This document shows, in pieces, positions 9,673-21,537 of a stretch of 64,000 bases of DNA; position 1 is the first letter of the stretch; each line of letters begins with the position of its first letter. The stretch lies in assembly GCA_963779415.1 (NCBI GenBank), contig CAVZYA010000003.1:256001-320000 (forward strand), given 5' to 3'. Under the pieces are notes generated by a model. The model saw only the letters and a program-made list of their open reading frames with translations. It did no database searches and had not been told where the DNA came from. Position numbers and translations under genes: made by a program. The stretch comes from an uncultured Acidobacteriota bacterium. GTDB lineage: Bacteria; Acidobacteriota; Thermoanaerobaculia; UBA5066.

Positions 9673-10707
9673 TCAGCCGACGGAGAAGACGATCTTCCCG
9701 AACCCCTCCCCGCTCTGAAGGCGTTCGTACCCCTTCTTCGCGTCGGCGAGGGGGAAGACTTCGTCCACGACCGGGTCGAGGCGCCCGGCCGCAACGTCGC
9801 GGAGCATGGCGCCGAACTCGTGGTCGGTTCCCATCGTCGAGCCGAGGATGGCGAGCTGCTTCCAGAAGATGAGGCGGATCTCCTCCTCGGGGTTCGGGCC
9901 GCTCGTCGCGCCGCAGGTGACGATCCGCCCCCGCTTCGCCGCGGCCGTGAGCGAATGGCGCCACGTCGCCGCGCCGACGGAGTCGACGACGACGTCGACG
10001 CCCCGCTTCTTCGTGATCTCGCGGACCTTCTTCCCTACGTCCACCTGCGTGTAATCGAGGACGACGTCGGCGCCGAGCGCCTCGGCCTTCCTCCGTTTTT
10101 CCTCCGACGAGGAGGTGACGATGACGAGCGAGGCCCCCGCGAGGCGGGCGATCTGAAGGGCGAACGTGGAGACGCCGCCGCCCACGCCGTGGATCAGGAC
10201 CGTCTCCCCGGGACGGAGCGTCGCGCGCGTGACGAGCATCCGCCACGCCGTGAGCGCCGCGAGAGGAAAGGCCGCCGCCTTCTCGGGCGAGAGGCTCGGC
10301 GGCGCCGGGAAGACGTTCCGGCGCGGGACGGCGATCCGCTCGGCGAACGTGCCGAGGAGATGCTCCCCGAGGATCCTGAAATCGACGCAGAGCGGCAGGT
10401 CCCCCGAGAGGCAGAACTCGCAGCGGCCGCACCCGAGGCCCGGCTGAAGGACGACGCGGTCGCCCGGCGCGAGGTCCGAGACGCCGGAGCCGACCGACTC
10501 GACGCGCCCGTAGCCGTCGGCGCCCGGAATGTGGGGAAGGGACGGCGGCAGTCCCGGAATCCCGTGGAGGACGAAGAGGTCGAGTCGGTTCATCGCGGCC
10601 GCCTCGATCCGGACGACGACTTCCCCCGGCCCCGCCGTCGGGTCCGGACGGTCACCGTAGAGCAGGACGTCTGGCTTGCCGTGGCGGTCGAAGAAGACGG
10701 CTTTCAT
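9673..10707 (-). CDS. Zinc-binding alcohol dehydrogenase / quinone oxidoreductase family
   Basis: PHIPGADG, CGRCEFC...C, GVGGGV, GKIV; SD GGAGG. Confidence 0.88.
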   Translation of the reverse strand: MKAVFFDRHGKPDVLLYGDRPDPTAGPGEVVVRIEAAAMNRLDLFVLHGIPGLPPSLPHIPGADGYGRVESVGSGVSDLAPGDRVVLQPGLGCGRCEFCLSGDLPLCVDFRILGEHLLGTFAERIAVPRRNVFPAPPSLSPEKAAAFPLAALTAWRMLVTRATLRPGETVLIHGVGGGVSTFALQIARLAGASLVIVTSSSEEKRRKAEALGADVVLDYTQVDVGKKVREITKKRGVDVVVDSVGAATWRHSLTAAAKRGRIVTCGATSGPNPEEEIRLIFWKQLAILGSTMGTDHEFGAMLRDVAAGRLDPVVDEVFPLADAKKGYERLQSGEGFGKIVFSVG

Positions 10708-10785
10708 GGCGGCCTCCCGATGAAGAGCGTAGCGCAGCCCGGGGCGGCCGGCGCGCCGTACACTCGGACGAAACGGAGGTCCTCG

Positions 10786-13370
10786 ATGCCGCGTGCCGCC
10801 CGGATCGCGTTCGTCCTCGTCCTCGCGACGGCTCTTTCCCTTCCGGCGCTCGCCTCCGGCCTCCCCTCGCCTTCCGATTTCCTCGGGATGAAGGTCGGCG
10901 CGGACCGGACGCTCGCCGACTACCGGCAGATCGTGTCGTACCTGAGAGCCGTCGCCGCGGCCTCGCCGCGCGTGCAGCTGGAGCTGCTCGGGAAGACGAC
11001 GCTCGGAGAGGAGTTCGTCCTCGCCGTCGTCACCTCCGAGGAGAACATGAAGAACCTCCCCCGGATCCGCGAGATCGCGAGAAAGCTCGCGGACCCGCGG
11101 GGCCTCTCGGACGCCGAGGTCTCGGCTCTCGCCCGCGAGGGGAAGGCGGTCGTCCTCGTCAGCTGCAACATCCATTCGACCGAGATCGGCTCGACGCAGA
11201 TGGCGATGGAGTGGGTCCACGACCTCGCGACCGCGACGGACCCCGTGACGCTCGCGCGCCTCTCCAGCGTCGTCCTCCTCCTCGTCCCGTCCGTCAACCC
11301 GGACGGCCAGATCATGGAGACCGAGTGGTACCGGAAGTGGCTCGGAACGAAGTACGAGGGGGGCCGGATGCCGTGGCTCTACCACCCGTACGTCGGCCAC
11401 GACGACAACCGCGACTGGTGCATGCTGACCCAGAGGGAGTCGAAGGAGCTGACCCGCGCCGTCTACCACGAGTGGCTCCCCCAGGTCTGGCTCGACGAGC
11501 ACCAGATGGGAGGGACGGGGCCGCGGATCTTCATGCCCCCCTACTCCGAGCCGGTCGACCCGAGCATCCACCCGCTCGTCTGGCGCGAGGTGAACGTCAT
11601 CGGCGCGAACATGGCGCTCCGGCTCGAGCAGGCCGCAAAGTCGGGCGTCATCTACGGCTACTCCTTCGACGCGTACTGGCCCGGCGGGACGAAGAACACG
11701 GCGTGGTGGAAGAACGTCTCCGGCCTCCTGACGGAGGTCGCCTCGGCCCGGATGGCGACGCCGGTCTTCATCGAGCCGGGCGAGCTTTCCGGAGGCGGGC
11801 GCAAGGGGCTGATCGACTACAGGCCGCAGGTGAACTTCCCGAACCCGTGGCCGGGCGGCTGGTGGCGACTCCGGGACATCATGGATTACGAGCGGATCGT
11901 CTCGGACGCGCTCCTCGAGACCTGCGCGAGCCGGCGCGAGGACCTCCTCCTCGACATGGCGACGCGGGCGCGCTCCGCGATCGCCTCCTTCCCGCCGGAC
12001 GCGGCGTACGTGATTCCCGCCGCACAGCGCGACCCCGCCTCCGCCCGCCGTCTCGCGGCCCTCATGGCCGAGCATGCCGTGGAGGTGCGAAGCGCACCGA
12101 ACGGAGACGTCTGGATCCCGCTCGCGCAGCCCTACGGCCGCTTCGTAAAGGAGATGTTCGAGCCCCAGCGCTACCCCGAGGTGAAGCTCGTCCCCGGAAA
12201 GGAGATCGTCCGGCCGTACGACGTCGCGGCCTGGACGATGCCGATGATGATGGGGGTGGAGGTGCGACGGGCGCCCCTTCCAAAGGACCTTCCGCTCCTC
12301 TCGGCGGAGGCGAAGGCGAGCCTCCCCCTGCCGGTCCCATCGCGATCCTCCCCGGCCGCCCCGAGAGCGCGAAGGCCGTCAACGCGGCGCTTCGGTCGAA
12401 GGGCGGGGTGGCCATCGCGAGAACGTCGATGACCTTCGAAGGAAAGACCTGGCCGGCCGGGACCGTCTTCCTCGACGAGACGGCGGCGAAAGCCGCCGCA
12501 CCGGCGGCGGTGGAGGCAGGCGTCCCCTTCTCCTCCCTTTCAAAGACCCCTCTCGGAATCTCTTCCGAGGTGGTCCCTCTGCACGCGCCCCGTGTCGGCC
12601 TCTACAAGGGATGGAACGCCTCCATGGACGAGGGGTGGACACGGTGGATCCTCGAGCAGTACGGCTTCGCGCCGAAGAGCCTCGACCCGAAGGCCGTCCG
12701 CGCCGGGAGGCTGCGCGAATCCCTCGACGTCATCGTCCTTCCGGACACGGGGACGGAGACGATCCTGACCGGAAAGCCGAAGCGCGACGAAGGAGAGATG
12801 CGTTACTCGGTCGATCTCCCGCCCGAGTACCAGGGGGGGATCGAAAAGGAAGGGGCGAAGGCTCTCAAGGAGTTCGTCGAGGCCGGCGGGACGATCGTCG
12901 CCCTGTCGCAGGCCTCGGAGTTCCTGATCTCGGAGTTCAACATCCCCGTCCGGAACGTCCTCGGACGAACAAAGCGCGAGGAGTTCCAGTGCCCGGGCTC
13001 GCTCCTCAGGGTCAGTGTGAGCGGCGATCACCCGGTCACGTGGGGGCTGCCGCGTGAGGCCGCGATCTTCGTGGACGAGGCCGTCGCCTTCCAGACGGTA
13101 CCGCCGGGGCCGGAGCTCTCGCGATGGGACCTCGCCTCCTATCCCGACGACGAGCGCGACGTTCTCCTCTCCGGATGGATCAGCGGCGCGGAGAAGCTCC
13201 TCCGGCGCTCGGCCGCGGTCGCGACGACGTTCGGGAAGGGGAAGCTCGTCCTCCTCGGCTTCCGCGCGCAGTTCCGGGCGCAGACTCCCGCCACCTTCCC
13301 GTTCCTCTTCAACGCGCTCTGGTGGTCGACGGAAGACGGACCTCACCCGGGTCGCGCCGGAGCGCCGTAA
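10786..13370 (+). CDS. M14 zinc carboxypeptidase family with C-terminal GATase-like domain (frameshift near 12330)
   Basis: Signal peptide, IHSTE, NPDG, DNRD, DEHQMG; MDEGWTRW continues in a second frame. Confidence 0.85.
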
Positions 13371-13386
13371 GGTTCGGCGGCGAGCC

Positions 13387-16300
13387 TCACTTCTCCGAGA
13401 TCGAGAGGACCGCTCCCGAAGAGAAGGCGTTGAACTCGGGGGCGTACATCGACTGCACCGTGGCGGGACCGACTCGGAAGGCGCCGCCCATGGCGGCCCG
13501 GATCCGGTACCTGAAGGTGTACTCCCCGACCGGGAGGCGCTCGAAGAAGAAGTTCGCGGCGCTGTCGCGGATCTCCTCGTAGTACGGAAGGCCGAGGTCC
13601 CACATCCAGCGCGAGGCCGTGGAGACCGGTTCGAAGCCGGCGCCCCGCGGGTCGCGAAGCTGGACGTACTCCGCCTCGTGTTTCGTCCGGAGAGAGAGCT
13701 GCACCTCCACCTCGTCTCCCGGGTGAAGGGCCGCTCCGTCGGAAAGAGGCTTCAGGACCCATTCGCGCCCCGTGTTCTCCCGGAGGAAGTAGTGCCGGGA
13801 GACACTGAAGAAGTCGCCGCGCCCCTCCGCGGGGAGCTTCTCCGTCGAGTAGTGCCACGCCGCCGAGGCGAAGAGGAACCCCTTCCCTTCCTTCTCGACG
13901 ACGACCGTCGAGGTGGTCTTCGGGTCGACCTGCGACTCCGGGAATCACGATCCGGTTCTTCTCGCCGGTGTAGCGGTCCGGCTCGAAGGTGAACGTCACC
14001 TTCCGGTTCCCCACGGTGACCGTCGCGTCCTCGGGGATTCCGAGGGCCCCCGTCCTCTTCAGGTAGTGGACGAGCGAATAGATCACCTCGGCCGTGGCGC
14101 GCGTCGACTTCCACTGGTTCAGCTTCTTGTTCAGGAGGAGCCACTGGACGAGGCCTTCGGCGCGCGGGTCGGAGGGGGAAAGCTCCATCAGCGTCCGGAG
14201 CGCGAAGGCCTGCGTCTCAACCGTGTCGTTGTACCAGAGCCACGACCGCTCCTCGGGGGCGAAGAAGGTCCCCTGCTCGTCGTTCGTCTTCGCCGAGTCC
14301 ATGACGGAGCGCCAGACGAGCGCCGCATCGGCGGGGCGCCCCATCCGCGAGAGGGTCAGCGCGAGATACCCCTTCAGCATCGGCGAGTGCTTCTTCCAGT
14401 GCCGGAAGCTGAAGTCGAGCATCTTCGTCCGCTCCTCCGGCGTGAAGGCCCCCTCCGACCAGGTCGGGTCGGGGAAAGCGGTCGCGACGTAGTTGAGGAA
14501 GGTGATCGACTCCCAGCAGCCGTCCTTCGCCATGCACGACGTCCAGTCGGAACGGTAGTGGGAGGCGACGTACCCCCACGCCCGCTGGACCATCTCCTTC
14601 GGCACCTCGATGCCGAATTCGGTCGCTCTCGCGAAGCCGTGGAGGAGGTAGAGCGTCATGTAAGGCGAAGGGGGACCGCCCGGCCACCAAGGGAATCCGC
14701 CGACCGAGGTCTGGGCCTTCTTCAGCTTCGCGAGCGCCGCCTCGCGGTCGGCCTTCGCGATCCGGGGGTCGAGAACGTTCGTCAGGCCGTGCCCGGCGTC
14801 GCGCCCTCCGGTCGCCTCGGCGAGCCACGGCATCTCCTCGAGGGCCATCTTCCGGTTCGGGTCGGCCGCGTCCCAGCTCTCGAGACGGGTCGTCCGTTTC
14901 GAGAACTCCGCCGCCATCTTCGCGACGGCCGGATAGTCGCGGTAGAGCGACGAGACGATTCCGGTCGAGAGGAACCGGTTCAGCGTCTGCTCCGTGCACT
15001 CGTACGGGAAGTTGACGAGGTACGGCAGCGCCTTCAGGACCGAGAAGAAGAGCTGCGCGTCGACCGTCACGACCATCTTTTCGTTCACGAGCGTCGGGTC
15101 TGGATTCGTCGCGAGGGCGGCAAGGTCCTCGAACCGGAGCGTCCTTGAGTCCCGGTTCTTCAGCGTGACGAAGCGCGACTGGACGAGATGCATCCGCCCC
15201 GGGAGGATCGGCAGCGGACGAAGCTCGCCGTCGGAAAAGTCGCCGGCCGTCGCGACGACCTTGAAGGCGACCGTCTTCACGCCGGAAGGAGCCTTGAGTC
15301 GGAACGAAAGGCTCGTCCCGCCGCCGGCCTTCGCGGAGAAGGGCTGAGCCGCGCTTCCAGCCGAGAACGCCGAATTCGGAGAGGAGACTCGCGTTCGTCT
15401 CCGGATCGATCACGTCGAGAACGACTCGTCCCGCGAGGTCTCTCTCGGAGGCGTTGTTGACGACGACCTTCAGCTCGGCCTCGTCCCCTTCGCGCAGGAA
15501 GCGCGGGACGTAGGGGCGGACCATCAGCTCCTTGACGGTGCGCGTCTCGCGGTGGAGCGAGCCGCTCCGGAGATCGCGCGTCAAGGCGTGGACCCAGACG
15601 TTCCACGACGTGACGGAGTCGGGAACGGTGAACTCGATCGTCGCCGAGCCGTCGGGCCCCGTCAGGAGCTGCGGCATGAAGAACGCCGTCTCGGAGAAGT
15701 CGCTCCGGAGGGTGACCGGTGAAGGCGGTTCCGCCGCAGTGACCGCCTTTCCCCCTCGCTCGTCTTTCTCTTTCTTCCTAAGAGAATCTTCCGGTCTCCC
15801 CTCTTCGGCCAGCAGGCTGGACGGCGCGTTCACTCCCTGATCGCCGCGGGCGGCCTTCATCGCCATCGCCGGCGCCGGGACACCGCCGGCCACGCCCCCC
15901 ACGACGCGACCGCGCAGCCCCGGCCCGCCGATCCCGTACCCCTCCTCGAACTTCAGCCGGTCGGGGCGGGGGACCGGCCACCCCGGGACGCCGCCGAAAC
16001 CGGTGCTTTCGAGGAAGAGCGTCTGTCCCTGCCCGAGCGTGACGCGGCTCGTGACGGGGCGCGTCCTCGTCGGATAAAGGGAGAGGGGCGAAGGGGGCTG
16101 GTGCGGCGCGAAGAGGTCGAGGCTCCGGTCGTACATGTAGGCGAGGAGCTCGGCCGATCCCGTGAGCGGGTGGTCCGGCGTCGCGCCGGTCACCGTCACG
16201 CGCCACGTCTCCTTCACGCCCGGGCGAAGCCGGTCGCGGAACGTCGCGAAGGAGACCTTCAGCTCGCGGTCGTCCCACGGGACGAAGACGGTCGCCGTCT

Positions 16301-19300
16301 GCTGGAGAAGCTGATGGTCGCGAACGGCGGTGAGCGTCGCGGCGAGGCCGCCCCGGTCGCTCTCGGTCACCGGGATCTCGATGAGCGCGGCGTCCTTTCC
16401 CGCCGTCAGGATCCGCCGCTCGGCGAGATGCCCCGCGCGGACGACGTCGAAAAAGAGCGTCTCCCCGGGGATCCCCGACGTCGCGACGAGCCGCACCGTT
16501 CCCCCCACCGTCACCGACGGCGACTCGGCGAGGAGAAGCGCCGGCATCGGGAGCGTGGCCGAAGGCGAGGCGACGAGGAAGTCGTGCGGAAGGGTGAACC
16601 GGCCACCGAAACCGTCCTCCGTCTCGTAGAGAAGCCGGTACGCGCCGGCGCGGAGCTTTCCGAATTCGATCCGTGCCTCTCCCTTCGCATCGTGCTCCGT
16701 GGCGCCGGACGCCACTTCGGCCCCCTCGGGCCAGTCGCGCATCCACTCCTCTGCCGAGAAGCGGGTGTCCCATCGCGGCCGCAGCCGGTCGCCAGGAGTC
16801 CGAACACCCTGCTGTTGGCGTCCCGGTTCGTCCGCGTCGTTCTCGCCCCGGGAAGCGCCGTATTCGGGATTCTTAGAAGGAAGATCGGCCGGAAGAAGCG
16901 TCTTCTCCGGAGGTACGAGCCTGATCAGGCGCCAGACGCCCTTCCCAGCCCTGAGCCCGCCATCAAGATCGGTTCTCGCGATCGAGACGGAGGCTGTCTT
17001 TCCCTCCAAGAAGAAATTGGTGCTCCTCTCGATTCGCGCCTCGACCGCCACGAACCCGAGGCGGAAGCGGCGGTCGGCCGAGCGGGTCTCGCCCCCCTCG
17101 TCGGTGACGTCGGCGCGGACCGCGTACCGCCACGTCACATCCCTGTTCGCACCCGGTCCTTCCGCGCTCTTCTCGTCGGCTTTCGGCGTGAACGTCATCT
17201 CGAACGACCCGTCCTCGCGGAGTGTTGCGGTCCCCGTCGCCACCGTCTGGACTTGGACGCTCGGCGCGCTCCACCGCCACCACCCCCACGAAGGCCAGAC
17301 CGGCTCGCGCGTCACGCGCCAGCGGACGAGGCCGCTCGCGACGGGGAGGCCGAAGTAGTACCGCGCCTCGCCTCGCAACGTCGCCGGGCGGTTCAGCCGG
17401 AGCGCTTCGGCCGGCTCCTTGAGCGTCACCTCGAAGGTGGGCCTCTTGTATTCCTCGACCTGGACTCCAGCCGAGCCCCCGAGGGAGGTCCGAATCGACC
17501 ATCCGCCCAGGAGCCGTCCCGCCGGGATCGCGAACTCTCCCGCCGCCGTTCCGAAGCCGTTCGTCTTCACGCTCTTCGTCTCGACGGCCTGGCCGTTCGC
17601 GTCGTGGAGAGAGACCGTGAGAAGCGTTTCGGGGAGCGTCGAGAAGCGTGCCTCGTGCCCGCGATACGCGACGACCTTCCAGAGAATCTCCTGGAGCGGC
17701 CGATAGACGCTCCGGTCCGTGTAGACGAGGGCCGCGGAGCGTTCGGGCGGCGGCGTCGATCTCCAGAAGCCCGAGGCGCTCGGATCGAGGGCGGCGTCCG
17801 CTCCCTTCTTCGCGACGAGGAAATAGCTCCCGCCCCGGTCGGAAGGCGGCTCGAACGTCACGAGGCCGTCCGTCCCCGAGATCGCCGAGTCAAGCCGGTG
17901 GTGGCCGCTCTGCCAGTCGAGCTTCCAGAGAGCGACGGAAGCCCCGGCGACGGGCGTTCCGCGCGAGCCCGAGACGACGCGCGCCTCGATCCCGCCCCGA
18001 TCGGTCTGGCGTACGGCCATCACGAGGTCGCTCACGATGAGGTGAACGCCGAAGAGACGGTTCCCGTCCTTCGCGAAGTCCTGACGGGCCGAGGCGACGA
18101 TCGCGTACGCGCCCGGCGACGGAAGCGGCGGCGTCACGAAGGTCCGGTGGGTCCGGAGATCGGGCGTCGGCGGAAGCTCGACGCTCCACGCCTCGACGGG
18201 CTTTTCGCTACGGACGATCTGTTCGAGCTCGCGCCACGCGGGGAGGAGGTTGTAGTCCTTCGCGGCAGCGAGCCGCGTCTCGAGATCGAACCGGTAGGCG
18301 CGGAAGAAGAGCGCCGGGAGGTTCCGGTGCTTCACCTCGATCGAGCGCTTTTCGGGGCCGTCGCTCGACATCGAGGCGATCTGGTAGTCCGGCGCGTCGA
18401 GGCCGGCGACGATCGACTCGCACCGGCGGCCGCCGACGGAGTGGGGAAATGCTCTTGCCCCCTCCCGCGCGATCGCCCGGGCCCGGACGAGCGCGTCCGG
18501 CCGGTCCTCGGCGCGGACCATCTCCGAAAGCTCCGCCTCCCCCATCGCCCACCAGGCGACGCCGCGAAAAGCGGGGAGCCTTCGCTCCAGATCCGCCCGG
18601 ATCGCGTCCCGGTCCGAGGCGTCCGTGAAGGAACCGCCGAGGCGCCGGAGGCGCTCGAGCCGCGCCTCCAGCTCGGCCTCCCGCTCTCCGCGCGAGCGGT
18701 GCCACTCCTCGAGGTCGTCGAGGATCGCCCCGATCCGAAGGAGCGGGTGAACCGCGGGGTCGTCCAGCTTCACGGCGGCCGACCCGGCCGGATTCCCGGC
18801 GATCAGGGCCTTCCGGTCGAGGGCGAAGAGCTCGTTTGAATCCTCGGGGCGCCATCCGGCGGTGTCGGCGAGAAAGGCGACGAAGAGGTACGAGACCGCG
18901 TCGCGCACCGTGCCGCGGACCGTGCGCGGATAGTCGTTCACCTCGACGAATTCCGAGAGGGTGGAGACGTCTTCCTTCCCGAGCGATTCGCGCTCGTTCC
19001 AGACGGCGGCGAATGCCCGGGCCGCTTCCGCCATGATCTGGTCGCGCGTCCACGCCCTCAGGTCGACGACCCCTCTCGTCTCCACCTTCTCCCGCCGGCC
19101 GATCTCCCACGAATAGTCGCGGGCGTACGTGACGAGGGCGTCCGCGTAGAAGAGGTTCAGGATCGCCTGCGACCGCACCCCCTTCGGCCACGGCTCTTCG
19201 CGAAGAAAGCGGACGGCCGTCTCGTAGCCGTGCAGGGCCTCCCGGAGCTGGACCTCGCGGACGAGGGCCTTCGTCTCCTCTCCGGCGTCCCCGCGCCCGC

Positions 19301-19439
19301 GCGCCTCGGCCCGGATGGCGGCCACGGCTTTCGAGGCTTCTTCCAGCTTCTGCTCGGAGACGAGACGGTCGATTTCCTTCCAGTTCGGGGCCGCGAAGCC
19401 GAGAATGACCAGAAGAAGAGGGATGGCGGCTCTTTTCAT
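13387..19439 (-). CDS. Bacterial alpha-2-macroglobulin (frameshifts near 15350 and 13935)
   Basis: YTDRSVYRP, VEEYKRP, LRSDFSETAFF, PRFLREGD, thioester CTEQ, SMYAPEF across three frames. Confidence 0.9.
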
Positions 19440-19526
19440 TTTCTCTCCCGCAAGTCTAGGACTCCGAAGGCCTGACGAAGGTTCCCGGGAGGGCCTCGGG
19501 GGCCGGACGCGGGATACTTCCGCCCG

Positions 19527-21524
19527 ATGAGCCCCCCGACGGGAGGAGCCTCCGGATACGGTCTCGAGGCGCTCGCGACCCGGCATTTTCGGGCGCTTCT
19601 CGCCGCGGCCGCCGTTCTCCTGCCGCCGCTCGTCTTCGTCCGGACGGCGACGGCGCCCCTCTCGCGGATTCCGTGCGAGGTGACGACGCCGAATTGCCTG
19701 AACGGGGACCCGCTCCTCGTGACCTCGATGATGGCCCGGGCCTGGAGCCGCTTCGACCGTGGCGACGTCGCCTCCCATGACGACCGTGTCTTCGCCCCGT
19801 ACCCCGACGCGTGGGCCATGGGCGAGCCGTTTCTCCTTCCGTCCCTCGCCGGCTACCCGTGGGCCCGGCTCTCGGGCGCCCCCTCGGCGGGCTACAACCT
19901 CGCGCTTTTTTTCGCATCCGCGGCTACGCTGATCTCCGCTGGCGCGCTCTTCTCGCGCCTTTCGGGCCCCGGCCTGCCGGCCATTCTCGGCGCCGTCCTC
20001 TGGGCGTGGGGGCCGGCGCGGATGAACAACCTCGGCGTTCTCTCGGTCCTCTGGGCGGGCCTCGTTCCTCTCGTCCTCGCCTTCGGCCTCGACGCGCTCG
20101 ACGGCCGGCGCCGCGCCCTACCCCTCTTCGCCGCCGCGTGGCTCGCGCTCGGCCTCGGCAGCCTCTACGGCCTTCTGATGGGCGCGCTCGTCTCGGCGAT
20201 CGTTCTCCCCCTCGCCGCGTTTCCGCTTCGGGACCGGCGGCGACGTCTTCCCGCGGCCGCCGGCGCGGCGCTCCTCGCGGCTCTACCGCTCCTCCTCGTC
20301 TACCTGCCGTTCTTTCATCTCGAGCGGGACTTCGACGCCCGCGTCTCGCGCGAGCTGATGGAGGGACAGTCGGCCGACCTCCTGTCGCTCCTCCACGCGG
20401 GAGCCTTCACCGGACCGGTCGGGGCATTCCTCTCGCGATACGGTCCCTCGTTCCCGGGAGGGAGCGCGGCTCTCTTCCCCATGTTCGCCGTCCTCTTTGC
20501 CCTCGGGCTTCTCGCCGCGATCCGGCCGGCGGCCGCCGACTCCGCGGGGGGAGTGCCGGAGAGACGCCTCGGGCTCTGGAGCGTTCTGGCCGCCGCGAGT
20601 CTCCTCTTCGCCCTCGGGCCGACGATCCGGATCGCGGGAGCCGCCGTCGCGCCCGGGCCCTGGGCTCTCCTCGGCCCGCTTCCCGTCTTCCGGTCGCTCC
20701 GGGGCCTCTTCCGCTGGGACCAGTGGTGGGACCTCGCCCTCGCCGCTCTCTTCGTCCTCGCGCTTTCGCGGGCTCTTCGGTTTCTCTCCGGCCGTGCGAG
20801 AGTCGCGGCCCTTTCCGTCGCGGCGGCGCTCGTCGCGCTCGACGTCTGGCCGCGTCCGGTACCGGCTGCCGACGTCCCGGCCGCGGCCCCGTTCACCGAG
20901 GCGATCCGCGCCCTTCCCGAAGGCGCGATCGTGGCCGTCCATCCGTACGTCCGCGAGACCGCGACGCGCGGCACCTTCGAGCAGACGCTTCACGGCCGGC
21001 GGCTCCTGGACAGCTACCAGACCTTCGCGCCGCCCGTCCACCGCTGGCTCTTCTCGAAGACCGCCGCCGCACCGCTCGCGGAGAGTCTCGCGCTCTACCG
21101 CGAGCTGGGCGCTTCGGCCATCGACGTCGACAGGAGCCACCTCGACGCCGGCAGCCGCGCGGCGCTCGGGGAGATTCTCCGGGATCCCGCGTCCCACGGC
21201 GTCTCACGCGCCGTCGAGGCGGGGACGCGCGTCCTCCTCGTCGTGCCGCCGCGCCGGCCGATCCTCGTCGATCCGATGGCCGCCACCGGCCTCGTCTTCC
21301 AGGGCGGCGCCGCGACGATCCCGGCGACGCCGGGGCGGCTCGTCTTCCGCCTCCGATCGGAGTCCTGGCCCGCGACCGTCATCGCCGGCGGCGGCGCGTC
21401 GAAGGCCACGCTGACCTTCGACCTCGTCGGAGCCGGCGGCCTTCGCGTCCACATCGCGCCTCCCCCTCCTCCGGGCGCCGAGGTGCGGGACAGCCACGGC
21501 CGCGTCATCGGGAGAGCCGAGTAG
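19527..21524 (+). CDS. Multi-pass membrane protein, possible GT-C/YfhO-like glycosyltransferase
   Basis: Many hydrophobic helices, SADLLS, LALGP, soluble C-terminal domain. Confidence 0.55.
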   Translation: MSPPTGGASGYGLEALATRHFRALLAAAAVLLPPLVFVRTATAPLSRIPCEVTTPNCLNGDPLLVTSMMARAWSRFDRGDVASHDDRVFAPYPDAWAMGEPFLLPSLAGYPWARLSGAPSAGYNLALFFASAATLISAGALFSRLSGPGLPAILGAVLWAWGPARMNNLGVLSVLWAGLVPLVLAFGLDALDGRRRALPLFAAAWLALGLGSLYGLLMGALVSAIVLPLAAFPLRDRRRRLPAAAGAALLAALPLLLVYLPFFHLERDFDARVSRELMEGQSADLLSLLHAGAFTGPVGAFLSRYGPSFPGGSAALFPMFAVLFALGLLAAIRPAAADSAGGVPERRLGLWSVLAAASLLFALGPTIRIAGAAVAPGPWALLGPLPVFRSLRGLFRWDQWWDLALAALFVLALSRALRFLSGRARVAALSVAAALVALDVWPRPVPAADVPAAAPFTEAIRALPEGAIVAVHPYVRETATRGTFEQTLHGRRLLDSYQTFAPPVHRWLFSKTAAAPLAESLALYRELGASAIDVDRSHLDAGSRAALGEILRDPASHGVSRAVEAGTRVLLVVPPRRPILVDPMAATGLVFQGGAATIPATPGRLVFRLRSESWPATVIAGGGASKATLTFDLVGAGGLRVHIAPPPPPGAEVRDSHGRVIGRAE

Positions 21525-21537
21525 CCGGCCGGAAGAG

